A DNA stretch of 63,972 nucleotides, counting the filler, from Ionaspis alba (lineage: Eukaryota): assembly GCA_964255285.1 (NCBI GenBank). It is 5 parts of 5 records of this genome, joined end to end, with 100 filler letters (N's around TTAATTAATTAA, not from the genome) between each part and the next. Parts side by side here need not be neighbours in the genome. Positions count along the whole stretch, not along the records: positions 25,981 to 38,848 come from CAXUUL010000489.1; 4 more parts are not named here. One strand, given 5' to 3'. The position numbers were made by a program, and so were the translations under genes. This document shows positions 26,306 to 38,948 of the stretch, piece after piece; within the stretch, counting starts at the first letter, position 1; the number at the start of each line of letters is the position of its first letter. A model generated the notes under the pieces. It had not been told where the DNA came from and did not search any database. It was given only the letters and a program-made list of their open reading frames with translations.

Positions 26306-28196
26306 TTAATCCAACTCCTCCAACTCCCTCTCCTTAGCTTTTAGCATTTCTCTCATCTCTTCTGCCTCTTGTTTCAGTCGAGCTTTTCTCGCTGCCCTCT
26401 CATGATTATCATTTCCTCCACCAGTATCTTCGTATATCGTGGACCTAGATCGGTATTCCGGGGGTGGTAAGGACGATGGTGGCTGCACATCTCGTGGAGA
26501 TGGTGCGGAGTGATGGTTGGAGACGCTGTTCTGCGCTAAATTTGGATCGATCGACGACTCCTCCGGGTTAGTCGATGTTGGTTGCAGAGGGTTGAGGATT
26601 GAGGAGATGGAGCTCAGTCGATTCGGCCTTGAACTATCTGTAGCAGGCTCCGCATTGCGTACTCCTTCAGTCATTGAAAAGCTACGTTTCCGAGTGTTCT
26701 CAGTTGGCACAGTAGGAGGTGGAGGATGAGATTGAATGGGTGGGATTGTAAGTGGCGGATGCAGATGATCTGGAAGCCGCTGGTCGTGAAGTATGAAGTG
26801 CTGATTCGCATCGCGAGCCTCGGAGATTGGTCGTCGCTCGACATGATATCCAGTGAAGTCAATGGGAGGTGGCTCGTAATGATATCGATCAAGTGAAGGC
26901 TCCCTAGGTCGAAAGCCGAGGTTGGTGGAGCTATCAAAGCTGGCTTGTTCTGAATTGTCGTGATGGACATATTGTTCTATGACTGATGGAGACGCATCAG
27001 GAGATACAGAGGTAGGATAATTATGGTTGTTGGGTTGTTCTGAGCCCTGTTCTTGAAGCGCTGGTACTACTCGTTTGCGTCGTTTGATTGTAGACTTCTT
27101 CATGGCGACTGGTCTGGTGATGCCATGCAATTTGTGGTAAAGACCTGTGCCAAGCGATTAGTACACAATGCGTTTGTTCTACAACTTGAGAGACATACCA
27201 CAAGCATTGCAGATAGTGTGGCCATTATCGTCTCGTCGCCACAACGGTGTGATTGTAGTGCCACAGTTCTTACAGGACAGCTCGCCATTTCCGTTTGATA
27301 AGACTGTTGATGGATCTTGTGGGTTCATGAAGGGGCTCCTATCTCCTTGTAATGCTTGTGTGCTGGCGTCGGCGTTTTCATCTTCGTTTTCTCCATTTAG
27401 CGCTCGTTTCAAGGCATGGCTCGACTGTGCCTTTTTCGAAAGTCTATTGTTATATGCTGGACAGCCATTGCAGCCATCAGCACCGCCTGTACCATTACAA
27501 CGGCCACCGCCGGGACATGATCCACCTGTGGTATTATGTTGGACTGCATCTATGGTCCTTCCAGTAGGAATTGTGCCGTTTGATAGAGAGGGAGATGTAC
27601 TTTGTCGGAGCTCGGTAGAGTCGGATTCCGAGGCAGGAGTGGATGCCGTAGTCATTGGTGCTCGTTTGAGGTTCATCGGACGAGCAGTATTTCTTGCTTT
27701 CAAATATAATCCACAGGCATTGCATATGGTAGAGCCGGTTGGAGATCTTCGCCACAGCGGAGTTTTGGAAGTGCCACAATTACTGAACCTAGACGTGAGC
27801 CTCATACCGAATATAAAATAGGATTCCGAATGCCTACCTGCACATCTGACCCATAGCGGGCGAATTACTGACAGGAGGGTATTGTGTATCGGTGGTACTC
27901 TCTGGCGAAACTCCTTGTGAGCTATGCTCTTGTTGCGATAGGTCATATTCTGCTTTGGTTCGTTCTCTTTGATCGGCATTCACCAGTTGGTAGAATCCAC
28001 CGCTATTCCCATAGTTTTGTAGAGTGGCGAGGTCGGCCGTTCGTTTGAGCCGTCCTTCTTGAGCATGCTGAACAAGCTGTTGTGCGGCATCATATTCGAT
28101 GGCTGAGGCTTGCTGAGAAAGAGACCGAAGAGAGGTATCGAGGCCAGGTCCCTGGCCGTCCCGACCCTCACCCTCCACCACGCGCAATCCAGTCAT
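26306..28196 (-). CDS. sreA: Iron-responsive GATA repressor of siderophore biosynthesis (SreA/Urbs1/Fep1 type), 3 exons
   Basis: Two GATA fingers (CSNCGTSKTPLWRR..CNACGLY and CKNCGTTITPLWRR..CNACG) flanking the Cys-rich CPGGGRCNGTGGADGCNGCPAYNN; C-terminal coiled coil. Confidence 0.93.
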
Positions 28197-30888
28197 CGCA
28201 TCTCCACTTCACCGGCGCGCTTTGTAGTGGAACGAACCCAGGCGTGCTGTCGAGTTGTAACAAGAGAGGTGAGATGTGAATCAAGCGGTCGTAGATCACT
28301 GATACGCGCAGGCCAGGTGGGAAAGGAGTGCACGATTTGCGCCAGGGAAACGCAAGCAGGGTTCAGATTTTCGACTATTGTGTGGGGATAAAGCGGCAGA
28401 GCCACTGCGGTGGTACTTGCGATGACCGGTAGCACAAGAAAAGACACACGAGGAGCAGAAGGGGAAGAAGCATACACGATAAGGCTCATGCAACAGTGAA
28501 CAGGTATACGTAGAACGGGTATCTTGGCTGCATGTACTGTGAAAGCACGGAACAGTGATGTGGGAGGCACAACTAGCCACGAGGAAGGCAAAGACGTAAC
28601 TGATAGAGTGGTGGAGCTTCAGCCGACTTTCATCAGTGCGCATAAGGCTCGACACCCCAGATCTCGGGGATTCGCTTACAATTGATTTAGCATTCATCCT
28701 ATTGGTTGATAAATGTCAAAGCCAAGCATCGGCCCGCCGAGTTATCCACAACCGAGAATCAAGCATCTTCTCTAGCCTCCAATTGAAGATTATCACTTGT
28801 AAACCCTCCCATCAACAGATCGGTCTATGGGGCACGAGGCTTGGACGATCACTTAGAATACCACGAGCTAGAGCAACGATGCTCGGAAGTTCTTCCCCAG
28901 GATACTATTCGTTTCTTGCAAAAACCCACCGAATCCGATGCATTCAATCGGTCTCCACTCTTAGTCGTCGTCACCTCTTACGCAAGCAGACGTCCTCGGC
29001 TCTAGCCACTGTGAATTTCTTCTCACTGTCTGAGTGGACTTGAAGAGCTTGCCGATACTAACCAACGTGACTAGATGTGCTTCGGAATCCTTGTGCTGCG
29101 GTGAACTCGTCATTGGAAGACGATTTGTCTTCTTGCCCCAAGGTTAATCATACACATTTCAGGTAACCAACGAACGCACATCTACGGTAGAATATTCCAC
29201 CACTCGGCAACAACAGCTCAGTTCACCCCATGCCCTGGATAACAAGCCGCAATGATGGCGGTATTGCAGATTGGAATCATTGGGATGCCATTACAGAGCC
29301 TTTTGGGTCTGACAACAGTCATGGCAGTCGTGAGACTATTACAGCTGACTGAAGTCTCCCTCATGGATGCCAGAGATCAGCCGGTAGAGGACATGGCTTT
29401 CGTCGTGGGGAGCTCAGGACTCTTTTCTGATTTGTGCGTCCCCAAAATTCTGGCAGGCTGCGAGAAACCCAGTGTAATTCAGCCATAAGGGCAAACATTG
29501 ATACTGTGTGACGACGATGTGTCTTCAGCAAGTAAGGTGAGTGTTGACCGTCGGTAAGGTGTGGACACTGCACGTTTTCTGGACCCGTATCAGCAGCACT
29601 GTAATGTTCGTTCCATATGAAGAATCTAGTTGAGAGTTTCGAGGTGTAAGCAACAAAGCGAGGACATCAGTTGCGGGAGATCGAGACACTGATATAAGTA
29701 GTCAGTAACGAAGAAGACAAGCTTGTACTGAATCTCCGGACGGCCCAAATACAGCTTGTGCCTGCCTAGCTTTTGACGAAGTGATTACTGAAGTCCCAAG
29801 CAATGTGACCAGATAATGTGTCGACATGAAGGACGAGTCCCGCAAGTCGTATGAGAGCCCAGCCTTCCTACTTTTGAGCTTTTGACTAAATCCTGAAGAA
29901 AGATAACGGTGCTCACCAACTGGAAGCACCAATTGTAGAACCTAGCGACTCTGAAATCGACAATGGCGAGCTGAGCTGCATAGCTGAACATCCACGAAAT
30001 AGCCTATTGCTATGCTACCTGGTGTCAAGGAGGGCCGCCTCCTAGATGCGAGTGATAATAACGAGGAGACCGCCGGAGGAAAGTGGCGAGCTCATATGGA
30101 TCCCTGAACATCAACGGAATAATTAGTTGTTCTATGTCCTAATGTCAGGGAAGCTGCTCCCTAGGCTCGAGTGATGGTAACGAGGAGTACCGTGTAGGCC
30201 TTCTCTTCCGGTTGCGTGCGGATTGATAAAACTATTAAACGGTGGACAAGGGCCTCTGTATATACTCAGGAGGCGGGTACTCTGCAACCAATATCGAAGA
30301 AAATGCCGTCAAATTTTGCAGATTAGTTGGTGAACTTTAGTTGAAAATCAATTAAACGTTAGTGGTGATCCCACTATTCTACCTCTCAGTTTGTTGGTGG
30401 TCCGGATAAGAATCTAAGAGGACGACAGAGGCGGCTATTCCGAGAGTCTAATTGATCGGAAGACTTGTCAAAAGGGATATGCACGGGCCCTAGGTTCTCC
30501 AGCATGCACCTAGCCCAAGCCATCAGACCAATATTCGAGCGGCAAGATCATAAGAACGGCATATCTCCAGAGTCGGGTACCCCTGCTGCTACATATTGTT
30601 TGTCGCAATGTCCTATTCGGCACAATCAAGAATATGGGATTATTATAAACATGAAGCATTGACAACCTATCATGACCAGCATTGCTTTTGTCTACATTCG
30701 TGTAACAGTTCTCCAGCTGGCACACCCTCAAGTTTGTGTTATGCTCATTGGACGTTCGTAGGCGCAGACAATGCTGTGTCCCCGCTTTGCCACCTCATTG
30801 CTTCTGTGCCAACGTGTTGATAAGACGAGGCTGAAACCCTCAGTGACGATATATCTGAATTGCAAACACAGGAAGGAACTTATACTCA

Positions 30889-32661
30889 ATGCCACGAAAA
30901 CGGAATACAAAGGCCAGTTCAGATAAACCTGAGCCTATAACAGCAATAGAAAGAGCAGCGAGATTGCAGGTCAAAGTTTGATTCTCTACACCCTTCGGTA
31001 GTGAGGGCTAAACTATTCTATAGTCTTTGGAGCCAACTCGTAGATCCAGTCGACTCAAAGAACGATCTGCCCGGATAGAAGCTGCTGCTGGACCTTCGAC
31101 TCAGCAACAGAAGACAATACCAAAAGCTGGTGCAACGTCGAAAGCACTGGTGTCGAAAGCGTCAGCGCCGGAAATATCAGCGTCAAGAGCATCTGCCATT
31201 CCAAGGCAGCGAAGAGGTGTAGGAAAGCAAAGAGCCATTGCTCCTGCCCCTATCCGCGAATCTACTTTTGGTGAGGGTGAAGCTTCAAACAAAACGAAGA
31301 AGCGCAGGACCGTACAAAGGCCAATCGCACTATCTCAAGCTAAAAATACCGAATTGCTCTCATTCTTCGACCAACCACTAGTCTCTCTAGCCGGGAGGTC
31401 ACGGAGTCAAAGCTATTCTGCAGGTTCATTACCTGCCAGCTCCTCGGACCACAGAGAATACTATCGAGCTCGTGGCTACGAAGTTCCTGACAAATCAGAG
31501 ATGACGTCCGTAGTAGACACACCTGTTGCTGGATCTCAAGCGGCAAGCACCACTCGGGGGGATCCTAAGAAGAAAACATGTACTATCAGCCCTACGAGTA
31601 GCAAGTTCGACTCGGCTTTATCCGAACACAACATCGAATACGAGTCCTCTGACGATGATGCTACGCTGGAGCTCATAGGCCAGGTAGTGCCTGCTCGTTC
31701 CGCTGGATTTCGTCAAAAACATGGCACAGGTAGCATAAGTACTAACAGAGACGAGTTGGAGTGGCAGACGGACATGTCTAAATGTGCAAAATCCAATGAA
31801 GCTCTATTTCAGCGGACTATTATGATGAGTATACTTGACCGGCATGCATTGAACAAGATTCTCGACTATAACTGCGAAGTAAGCTGGATCGCTTCACGAT
31901 TCCCATGCCGGAAATGCAAGGAAGGAGAATGTCAGCTTCCCAAACCGACACCGGACCTGGCTGTTGCTTTCACTTCCAAATCGTTACTACCAGAAACTGG
32001 CTGGGGTCCAGATTTTGAACGTCTGGGTCTTCCCAAAGGGCATGTCTTCTACGAAGGACTAAGTCAAAATGCAACGAAACGTGCATTCCACTTCTTTTCG
32101 TTAGAGGTGAAGGGCAAACTAGGTACCCTCGACAATTCCGTCGCTGAGCGGCAAAATCTCAACACGGCCGCCCAAGCTCTCCACAGCATATACCTTTGCA
32201 TGAGAGAGGCAGGGGAGCTGAAGGCATTCTTCAAAGATGTCCGATTCTTCTCTGCGGTAGCCACAACCGAGGGATTTAGGCTTCGTATCCACAGACCCTT
32301 CGCTCTACTGCCAGAGCAACGTATCAAACTCGAGTATGCCGTTGGATTCAAGTTCGACCAGGTCCTCGCGATCAAAGGTGATTACACCAGATCCGAAGCG
32401 ACGAGCATCGTGTACAATGTGCTTTTCGAATACGGGGTCAACAAACTCCATCCCATCTTGAAGCGGACAATACGCAAACTACTCAATCGACGAATCCCGG
32501 ATTCTCTCTCGCCTTCACGCGCCTCGACCGAGGAGGCCGAGTCTCAACCCTCGTCCAGAAAGAGACGCGCTGAGCAACAGAACACTTCCTTCTCGTCTGT
32601 GGGTAGTAGCCAGAGGAGAAGACTTAATAGTAGTCTGAGCATAGTTGATTCCCAAGAGTAA
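30889..32661 (+). CDS. Hypothetical protein: basic disordered N-terminus plus PD-(D/E)XK-like domain (exons 30889-30969 and 31024-32661)
   Basis: 544-codon open frame; PKPTPDLAVAF...FFSLEVKGK...AERQNLNTAAQAL; upstream ATG exon joins in frame through a GT...AG intron. Confidence 0.75.
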
Positions 32662-33398
32662 TGGGAGGGCACCACCTGGACGGCAATACAAATAGTATAG
32701 CAGGCACATATAAGGGTTGCGAGACATCTGAGGGAACCCTGCTCAGTACACAGTCAAACTCAAGATCTCCATGGCTCCAAGTCTCAACGGTGATCAAACG
32801 CTATATACGGCCCAACAATCCAGGAATCTTCGACTTAGGGTCCTTCTATACCCTCATACGGCCCATGCGAAAAGCTCTTCCCACGAGCAACACGTTTCAA
32901 ATCCACGCACGCCGATCCACAGATATGACATCGGAGCCCCTCAGCAGTGCAAATTACGTAGGAAGACGAGGCGTCGCACCGCACGACACGCACGCAGCAC
33001 CCAGGCACAACCAATCGGAGGTGCTGACATCAGACTCTGTACGACATGAGCCTTACCCGGTTTCAGGTTCCAAGGGGTGGGCAAAGGCGGCGGATCAGCA
33101 GCGAGTGGGAACCAGGGGTTTCGTGGAGGATGAGGAAGGTGGTGGCGTCGTTTGTGTGACCGTGATGCCGTTGAGATCATGGGAGATGGTGGGGGAGGAG
33201 GAGGAGGAGGAGAAAAAAGGTGTGCGCGAGTATTATTAGTAGTAATTGCAGGAGCGTAGATGAGAGGAGAGAAACTAGAGAGCTTCTTCGCTTGCTTGCA
33301 CGGATCAATCAGTAAAGTAGCAGAGGTACGCACGTAGAAGAGAAAAGCATGGTTGTTAATATGCACTGTCGAATCGAAAAAAGAAACTTTGCAATGCT

Positions 33399-33427
33399 AC
33401 CGACCGACCGACCGACCGACTGACTGA
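33399..33427. repeat. (ACCG)5 plus (ACTG) microsatellite downstream of ras1
   Basis: accgaccgaccgaccgaccgactgactga. Confidence 0.85.
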
Positions 33428-33816
33428 AGTCATTCCCCACACGCGCGCCACACGCAGCGTAGGCTTCTCTCCCCACCGGCCGCAAACCAGACAGTAGGGA
33501 CTAGATGCGGGAAGCATAGCTCGGAGAGTGCAAAGAAGAAAAACAAGAAGGAAAAAAAAAACACCTGCAAAGCCCGCCGGCTGATTTGCACCCTGTTTGC
33601 GCCGGGAAATGGATGATAGAGGGAAGGAAAAGGTTTTTGCCCGCTCGCCCGTCCGCCACAGCACTTGCTCCAAGCCTCACAGACGGGCGATCTGGGCACC
33701 ACCGCCTCCATGGTGCTCCGCTCACTGTCCTCCTTTCTACCCCGTTGGTATTGTAGACCCTCATCATTCTTCTCACCACGACCTCCTCCTCCCAGTCCCA
33801 CAGCCTCTTCACCACC

Positions 33817-34756
33817 CTACATCACCACGCACTTCCCCCCACAACAGCCTCTCGACCGCTCCTGATCATTCATCTCCATCTTCCCCTGCGGCCCATTCGC
33901 CGCCGCAGCTCCACCCGACGGGTACGACGACATTTCCTTGTTGTACCGACGGATCTCGCGGACGATATTGTAGAAGGCATTGTCGACGTTGATGCGCGAT
34001 TTGGCGGACGTTTCGATGAATTTGCATCCCATGGAACGGGCCATATTTTCACCTTCTGCAAGACCAATATCATCAGCGGCCATCAACCTTCTCGAGAATT
34101 ATAGACATGTAGAAAAGCAAGGGCGCGTACCTTGTTTCGAGACCTCCCGATCGGCCTCCAGATCGCATTTATTGCCCACTATTATGATGGGGAAGAAATC
34201 CCGGTCTTTGACCCTTAGTATCTGTTCCCGGAAGACCCTGATCTCCTCGAAGCTCTGCCGCGATGTGATGGAGTAGACGAGGAGGAACCCTTCACCCGTC
34301 CGCATGTATTGTTCCCGCATGGCCGAGTATTCTTCTTGCCCGGCTGTGTCGAGGACGTCGAGGAGAGCGACTTCGTCGTCGATGACGCATTGCTTTCTGT
34401 AGGAGTCTGACAGTTGGGGAAGAGCTGTTAGCAAATTGTGCAGTTGGGAAGAGGGGGATGGGACGGCTGGGTCTGTATGTACCTTCAATGGTGGGGTCGT
34501 ATTCGTCCACGAAGTGTGCTTGTATCAATTGGATGGTAAGACAGGATTTGCCCACGCCGCCACCGCCTACGACGACGAGCTTGTACTCGCGGAGGAACTG
34601 CATGGCAAAGAGGGATTTGTTATTCAGGTTCTGCATGTCTGAAACGAGTCACGAGTGTAGGGAAGTGGGGGAGAGGGAATTGGATTCGCTGAGATAACGG
34701 TTGTTCTGTTATGGGGAACATGGAGAAAAACGGGGTGGACCCACTTTAGAAGCCAT
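33817..34756 (-). CDS. RAS1: Ras GTPase Ras1/RasA (4 exons)
   Basis: [54 protein letters not shown]-terminal CC..CVVM CAAX box. Confidence 0.96.
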
Positions 34757-37194
34757 TGTGTCAGGACAGCTATAAGAGCGAGTTGTTTCTAGCACGAGAA
34801 CGTCTCGTGTGCCTTATTTGATTCCCTTTTGCAAGCTCGGCCCAATGGTTTCTGAAGGCTTAGACGTGAGGTTGGGCGGAGAGGTTGGATGAGGAGAGGT
34901 TCCTGGCGAACGGCGCTTGTCGCTAGAGTGTAGGCGCACGAATCCAGGAGGTTTTGACGGAAGTAAGGACTTTTTTTCTTCTCTTCTTCTGGCCGGGCCG
35001 TTGATTCAGGTGACTTGGCAGTTGAGATCTTGGTAGAGTATTGTTAGGATGAGATCGTTATATGTGAGTGATAACGATGCGAGTGACAAGTGTGATGTCA
35101 ATCTGGAAAGAGGGTCTGTGGTCTTTGCTGTTTGGTAATCGAAAGATGAGCAGCAGAAGGAAGGGATGGGATTGGCAGGTTTGAGGTTGGATTGTCGGTT
35201 GTTTTTGTGGAGGGATTAGTTCTTTTCTGTGATGGTCGTTTCGGGGAAGGAGTGCCTCTATGCCTGCACAAAGCATCAAAGCAGCAGAAGAAGAACGAAC
35301 CAGCTTCGGGGTATTCCTCTGGGTCTTCTGGCGTGCAAGCTATCAGAGCAGCAGGGATGATGGGTGGTCGAATGCGAGTTTTAGTCCCTGTTTAGGCAAA
35401 CTCTTAGGAAGGAGAAGCTTGTGGTGCCGGAAACTAATACTTGCTAGGGGATGCTTGGTACGTTTCTCTCTCTATGTGCTCTCTTGCTTGTGCGGGATCC
35501 GAATCCACTTTTCTCCCCGGGGATGGATATTGCTCCGAGAGTGACGACCCGGGGGGATCGATGCCTGCGTGGATGCGAGAGTGTGATGAAATGCGAACGA
35601 TTGGTGATGGTTTTATTGCTAAAAGGGTGACTGCGGCGTTGTGATAGGTTCGAAGCCGGGGGTGACACGTTGGAGATTGAGGTGCTTTTAGGAAGGAGCT
35701 TAGCCGCTGCTGCTGCTGTTATGGAGGTGCGCCAAACGATCACTCGGCCATACGCTACTGCTATATGCGATTGATTGACAGGTGTGACAGTGTGATGTTT
35801 CGAGAAGCATAAACGATGTCGACAGTTGTTTTTTCTGGGTGGTTGGGAATTAGTAAGTGATGAGCAGTACAGTTGACTTTGCCGTTATTGAAGGGATAAG
35901 TATTCCTCCCTGGTGTCAGATCTTCAGTGCAACTATTTATTGGGGCAGTAACTCTTGGCGAAGGGGGTGCTGGCTGCCCTCCCTTGAGGATTCAAAGGGC
36001 GAGGAAGGAAGGGGTGGGTAAGAAAGAAAAAAGGGGTGTTGCCGTAGTACTTCGTAACGACTGACAAGTACGATCTACACGTCGTAGAAGCACCTTGGAA
36101 TATCTGCCGCCGAAGGGAGATCAGCGACCATATCTCATGGCTTTCTGCTGCTAATCGATGGTCTGTCTCCACGGAGGCTTTCCTTTAATCCCTCACGAAT
36201 CGGTCACTTATCCGGACAATTCGATCCTCGATCCAAGTGGCAGTTCCAAGTGCAGGCAAGCAATAGAAATGCACCTCCAAGCACACGCTTTCTTTGCTGC
36301 TAGACACTCTTTAGGCGTATACCGGTAGCAACCCTAACTCAAGCAGTATTTTTGACATTTCCGCCCATCGCGACGTCATCCTGCATCAAAATTATCATGA
36401 CGATGCGCTCTCTGACAAGACACCCACCCCATGGCTGAAAAGAAAGCATCGTAGGTGCCAGGTCAATTCCAGGTCGTAGCCATTCCCAACTCACTGTCTT
36501 CCCCAGGTACCGAGACACCGAGAACCACGCGACCGGGAAAGGCCAAAATCCACGTGTTTTCCTGAGAATCCATCCCGGCCTCGTCCCCGTTTCATCCTCT
36601 GCTCTGCGGCCCCGGTGGCTCCCCCCAGTGGCGCTCCCTAAAAGCTCCGTGGCTCCACAAGTCTCGCAGCACTTTGTAGTCATGTGTTCTCCTCGGGTAA
36701 TACAACACCTGTTGACCCGCTCCCGTTCCTCTTCTCAGCACAGAATTACCCTCCACTAGATTTCATCCCCATCCGTGGAGCAGAAATCTGTGTGACCACG
36801 ACAACGTGGTCGGCATGACCTCATCCGTTGTCAAGGTGTGGCTCGTCTACCACGCTGTTGCTTCGTGACAGATGGTTTCATCAGGTAGACTGACCAATCG
36901 TACATGCGATATTTCGCTGCATGATGTGCGGAATTGTGGCAGCAAATCAGAAATAAGCGTGTCCCGTCATGGCATGTTACATTTTCGGAGCTACGAGAGA
37001 AATCGCATACCCGCGATCTGCTCAGACACAAGCCACTTGAGATCGTCAATGAATGAAGCGTGGAATTACTACTGCTCGGTCCTTCTGGCTGCAGAAAATG
37101 GGACGAACACGATTCCGGCACGACAGAGAAATGGGATTGAGGTGGAAAGTCAGTTTTACATGTGATGCTTTGAGCAAAAGTTTCTACCACTGTC

Positions 37195-38304
37195 CTAACT
37201 CTCTTTATCCTCTGGATCCAATTCATCGGCTTCATCCTCTCTCTCGACTTTGATCCCATTGACATTCTTCTCCACCTCTGGTATCAATGACTCCATGAAC
37301 TCTTTGTCTCTTCCAACCAGAGTCACGGTATTTCTACCCTTACCCCATCTTGGGTAGCTTCCTACCTTTACGCCTCTTGGCTCCGCCTTCGCCGCCAACT
37401 CGGTCAAATATGGTGCAACTGCACTCTCCGCCATGGGTGTCGAGAACAATAGTCTATACATGCCCTTCCCTTCCGGGTCTGTCAATCGAGGCAGAAGCCT
37501 AGGTTTCAGTCCGTCCAGGAGTTGTGTGAATAATCGGGGAACTCCAGGCAAAATGTGTATGTTTCCATTGACCACACTAATCGGTACCCATAAGGCATCA
37601 TCGACGAACAACACTTGACTGTCTTCATCTCTTTCGGTATCAATTGGCAACCTGATCATCCGCAGCTTGGCCTCGAGAGCAGGACTCGGTACATCGAAGG
37701 AGAAATTTGGTTGTGAGGGATGTGGTTTCGATAGCTTCTTCATTCGTTGCAAAGCAGCATCATGTAGCTTGAGCTTCAACCCGAATGCCTTGGCTATCGA
37801 CTCGTATGTGATATCGTCATGTCTGTTCATCTCCATCAGCCTAGGACATGTAATTGTGGGAGACTGCTGGCATACTAACGTCGGTCCAATTCCTCCACTC
37901 GTAACCACAAAGTCATAGTTATTACTCATCCGCCGCGTAGCCTCTATGATCTCGCTTTCATCGTCCGCAATCACCTCTATTCGCTTCAAATTCATACCCA
38001 AGGAGAAGCAGAACTTGGCAAAGTAGGCAGAATTGGTGTCCACGGTCTAGAATAGCCGTTGTAAATGAGCTTCAAGTCTTCGACAGGGAAAGTCTTGTAT
38101 CTGGGAACCTACCTTGCCACCCAGAACCTCATCCCCAATGATAATACAGCCAGCGGTATGTATCATACGTTTGCTGCGCTCATCGGCTGATGATGTCATG
38201 ATGCCGCTGCCAAAAGTCGCTCGAGAGATTGCAGCAGAGGTATGGGCGTACTTTGGGAGTGGAAGCGACAGGTGACGGGTCAATTGGGTCAATCGAGCTA
38301 ACAT
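37195..38304 (-). CDS. Molybdopterin-binding/CinA-like domain protein (FAD pyrophosphatase Fpy1-like), 3 exons
   Basis: TAGCIIIGDEVLGGK/TVDTNS, VVTSGGIGPT/HDDITY, ILPGVPRLF, KVGSYP. Confidence 0.88.
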
Positions 38305-38535
38305 TGAGAGAAACAGAAGTATATTTGATGGGTATGTACATCTAAAAGGAGAGAATCCTGAAATAACTCAAACCCGCAGATCGTTCTCCCGTAATCGATA
38401 ACGGCACTAAGCGAGGCTCTTGGCGACAGGCGAAAGCTTACTCGATCTTCCGAAGATACAACCCTAATAGAAAATACCAAAATCCGTATACCGACGTGGA
38501 AATAGCTCATATAGTACCGGAGGGCTTCCAGCATC

Positions 38536-38848
38536 ATGGTCCGTCTCGCGCCCTCCTCACACGCAACGACTATCTAATCGGTCCCTAGGCTTCTGAATCC
38601 CGCCTCTATACTTTCTCCCCCGAGACCAGGGAACAGCTGCGGAAGTTCCGCCTCGGGACCTCTCGTGCCAAAGATCCACAGGCGAAGATATGTACGTCAT
38701 GAACAGCCATTCTACTGTATGCTCAACCGTCCTCGATATCATTATGTCCAAGGTGGTCAGCGCTGACTCAGTTACCCTGCACTACAGATCAAATCGACAA
38801 ACACACCCTCGAAATAGCCGCCGCAGACGATGAGACCTACTCCAGCAT
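38536..38848 (+). CDS. AIM7: Glia maturation factor (ADF-H family, Aim7/Gmf1), 3' part lost at the scaffold end; absent from the ORF track
   Basis: ATG-only coding exon 38536-38538, intron 38539-38588, then ASESRLYTFSPETREQLRKFRLGTSRAKDPQAKI, intron, QIDKHTLEI. Confidence 0.8.
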
Positions 38849-38948
38849 NNNNNNNNNNNNNNNNNNNNNNNNNNNNNNNNNNNNNNNNNNNNTTAATTAA
38901 TTAANNNNNNNNNNNNNNNNNNNNNNNNNNNNNNNNNNNNNNNNNNNN
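38849..38948. other. Artificial scaffold-joining spacer
   Basis: 44 N + TTAATTAATTAA + 44 N. Confidence 0.95.

Noticed and set aside
32661..33800. 192-aa and other ORFs between the PD-(D/E)XK-like gene and ras1
   Set aside because: Low-complexity sequence resembling 3' UTR; no motif. A small gene cannot be fully excluded.
36830..37190. Protein-like plus-strand frame interrupted by TGA codons
   Set aside because: No recognisable homology, so neither a pseudogene nor stop readthrough can be supported.
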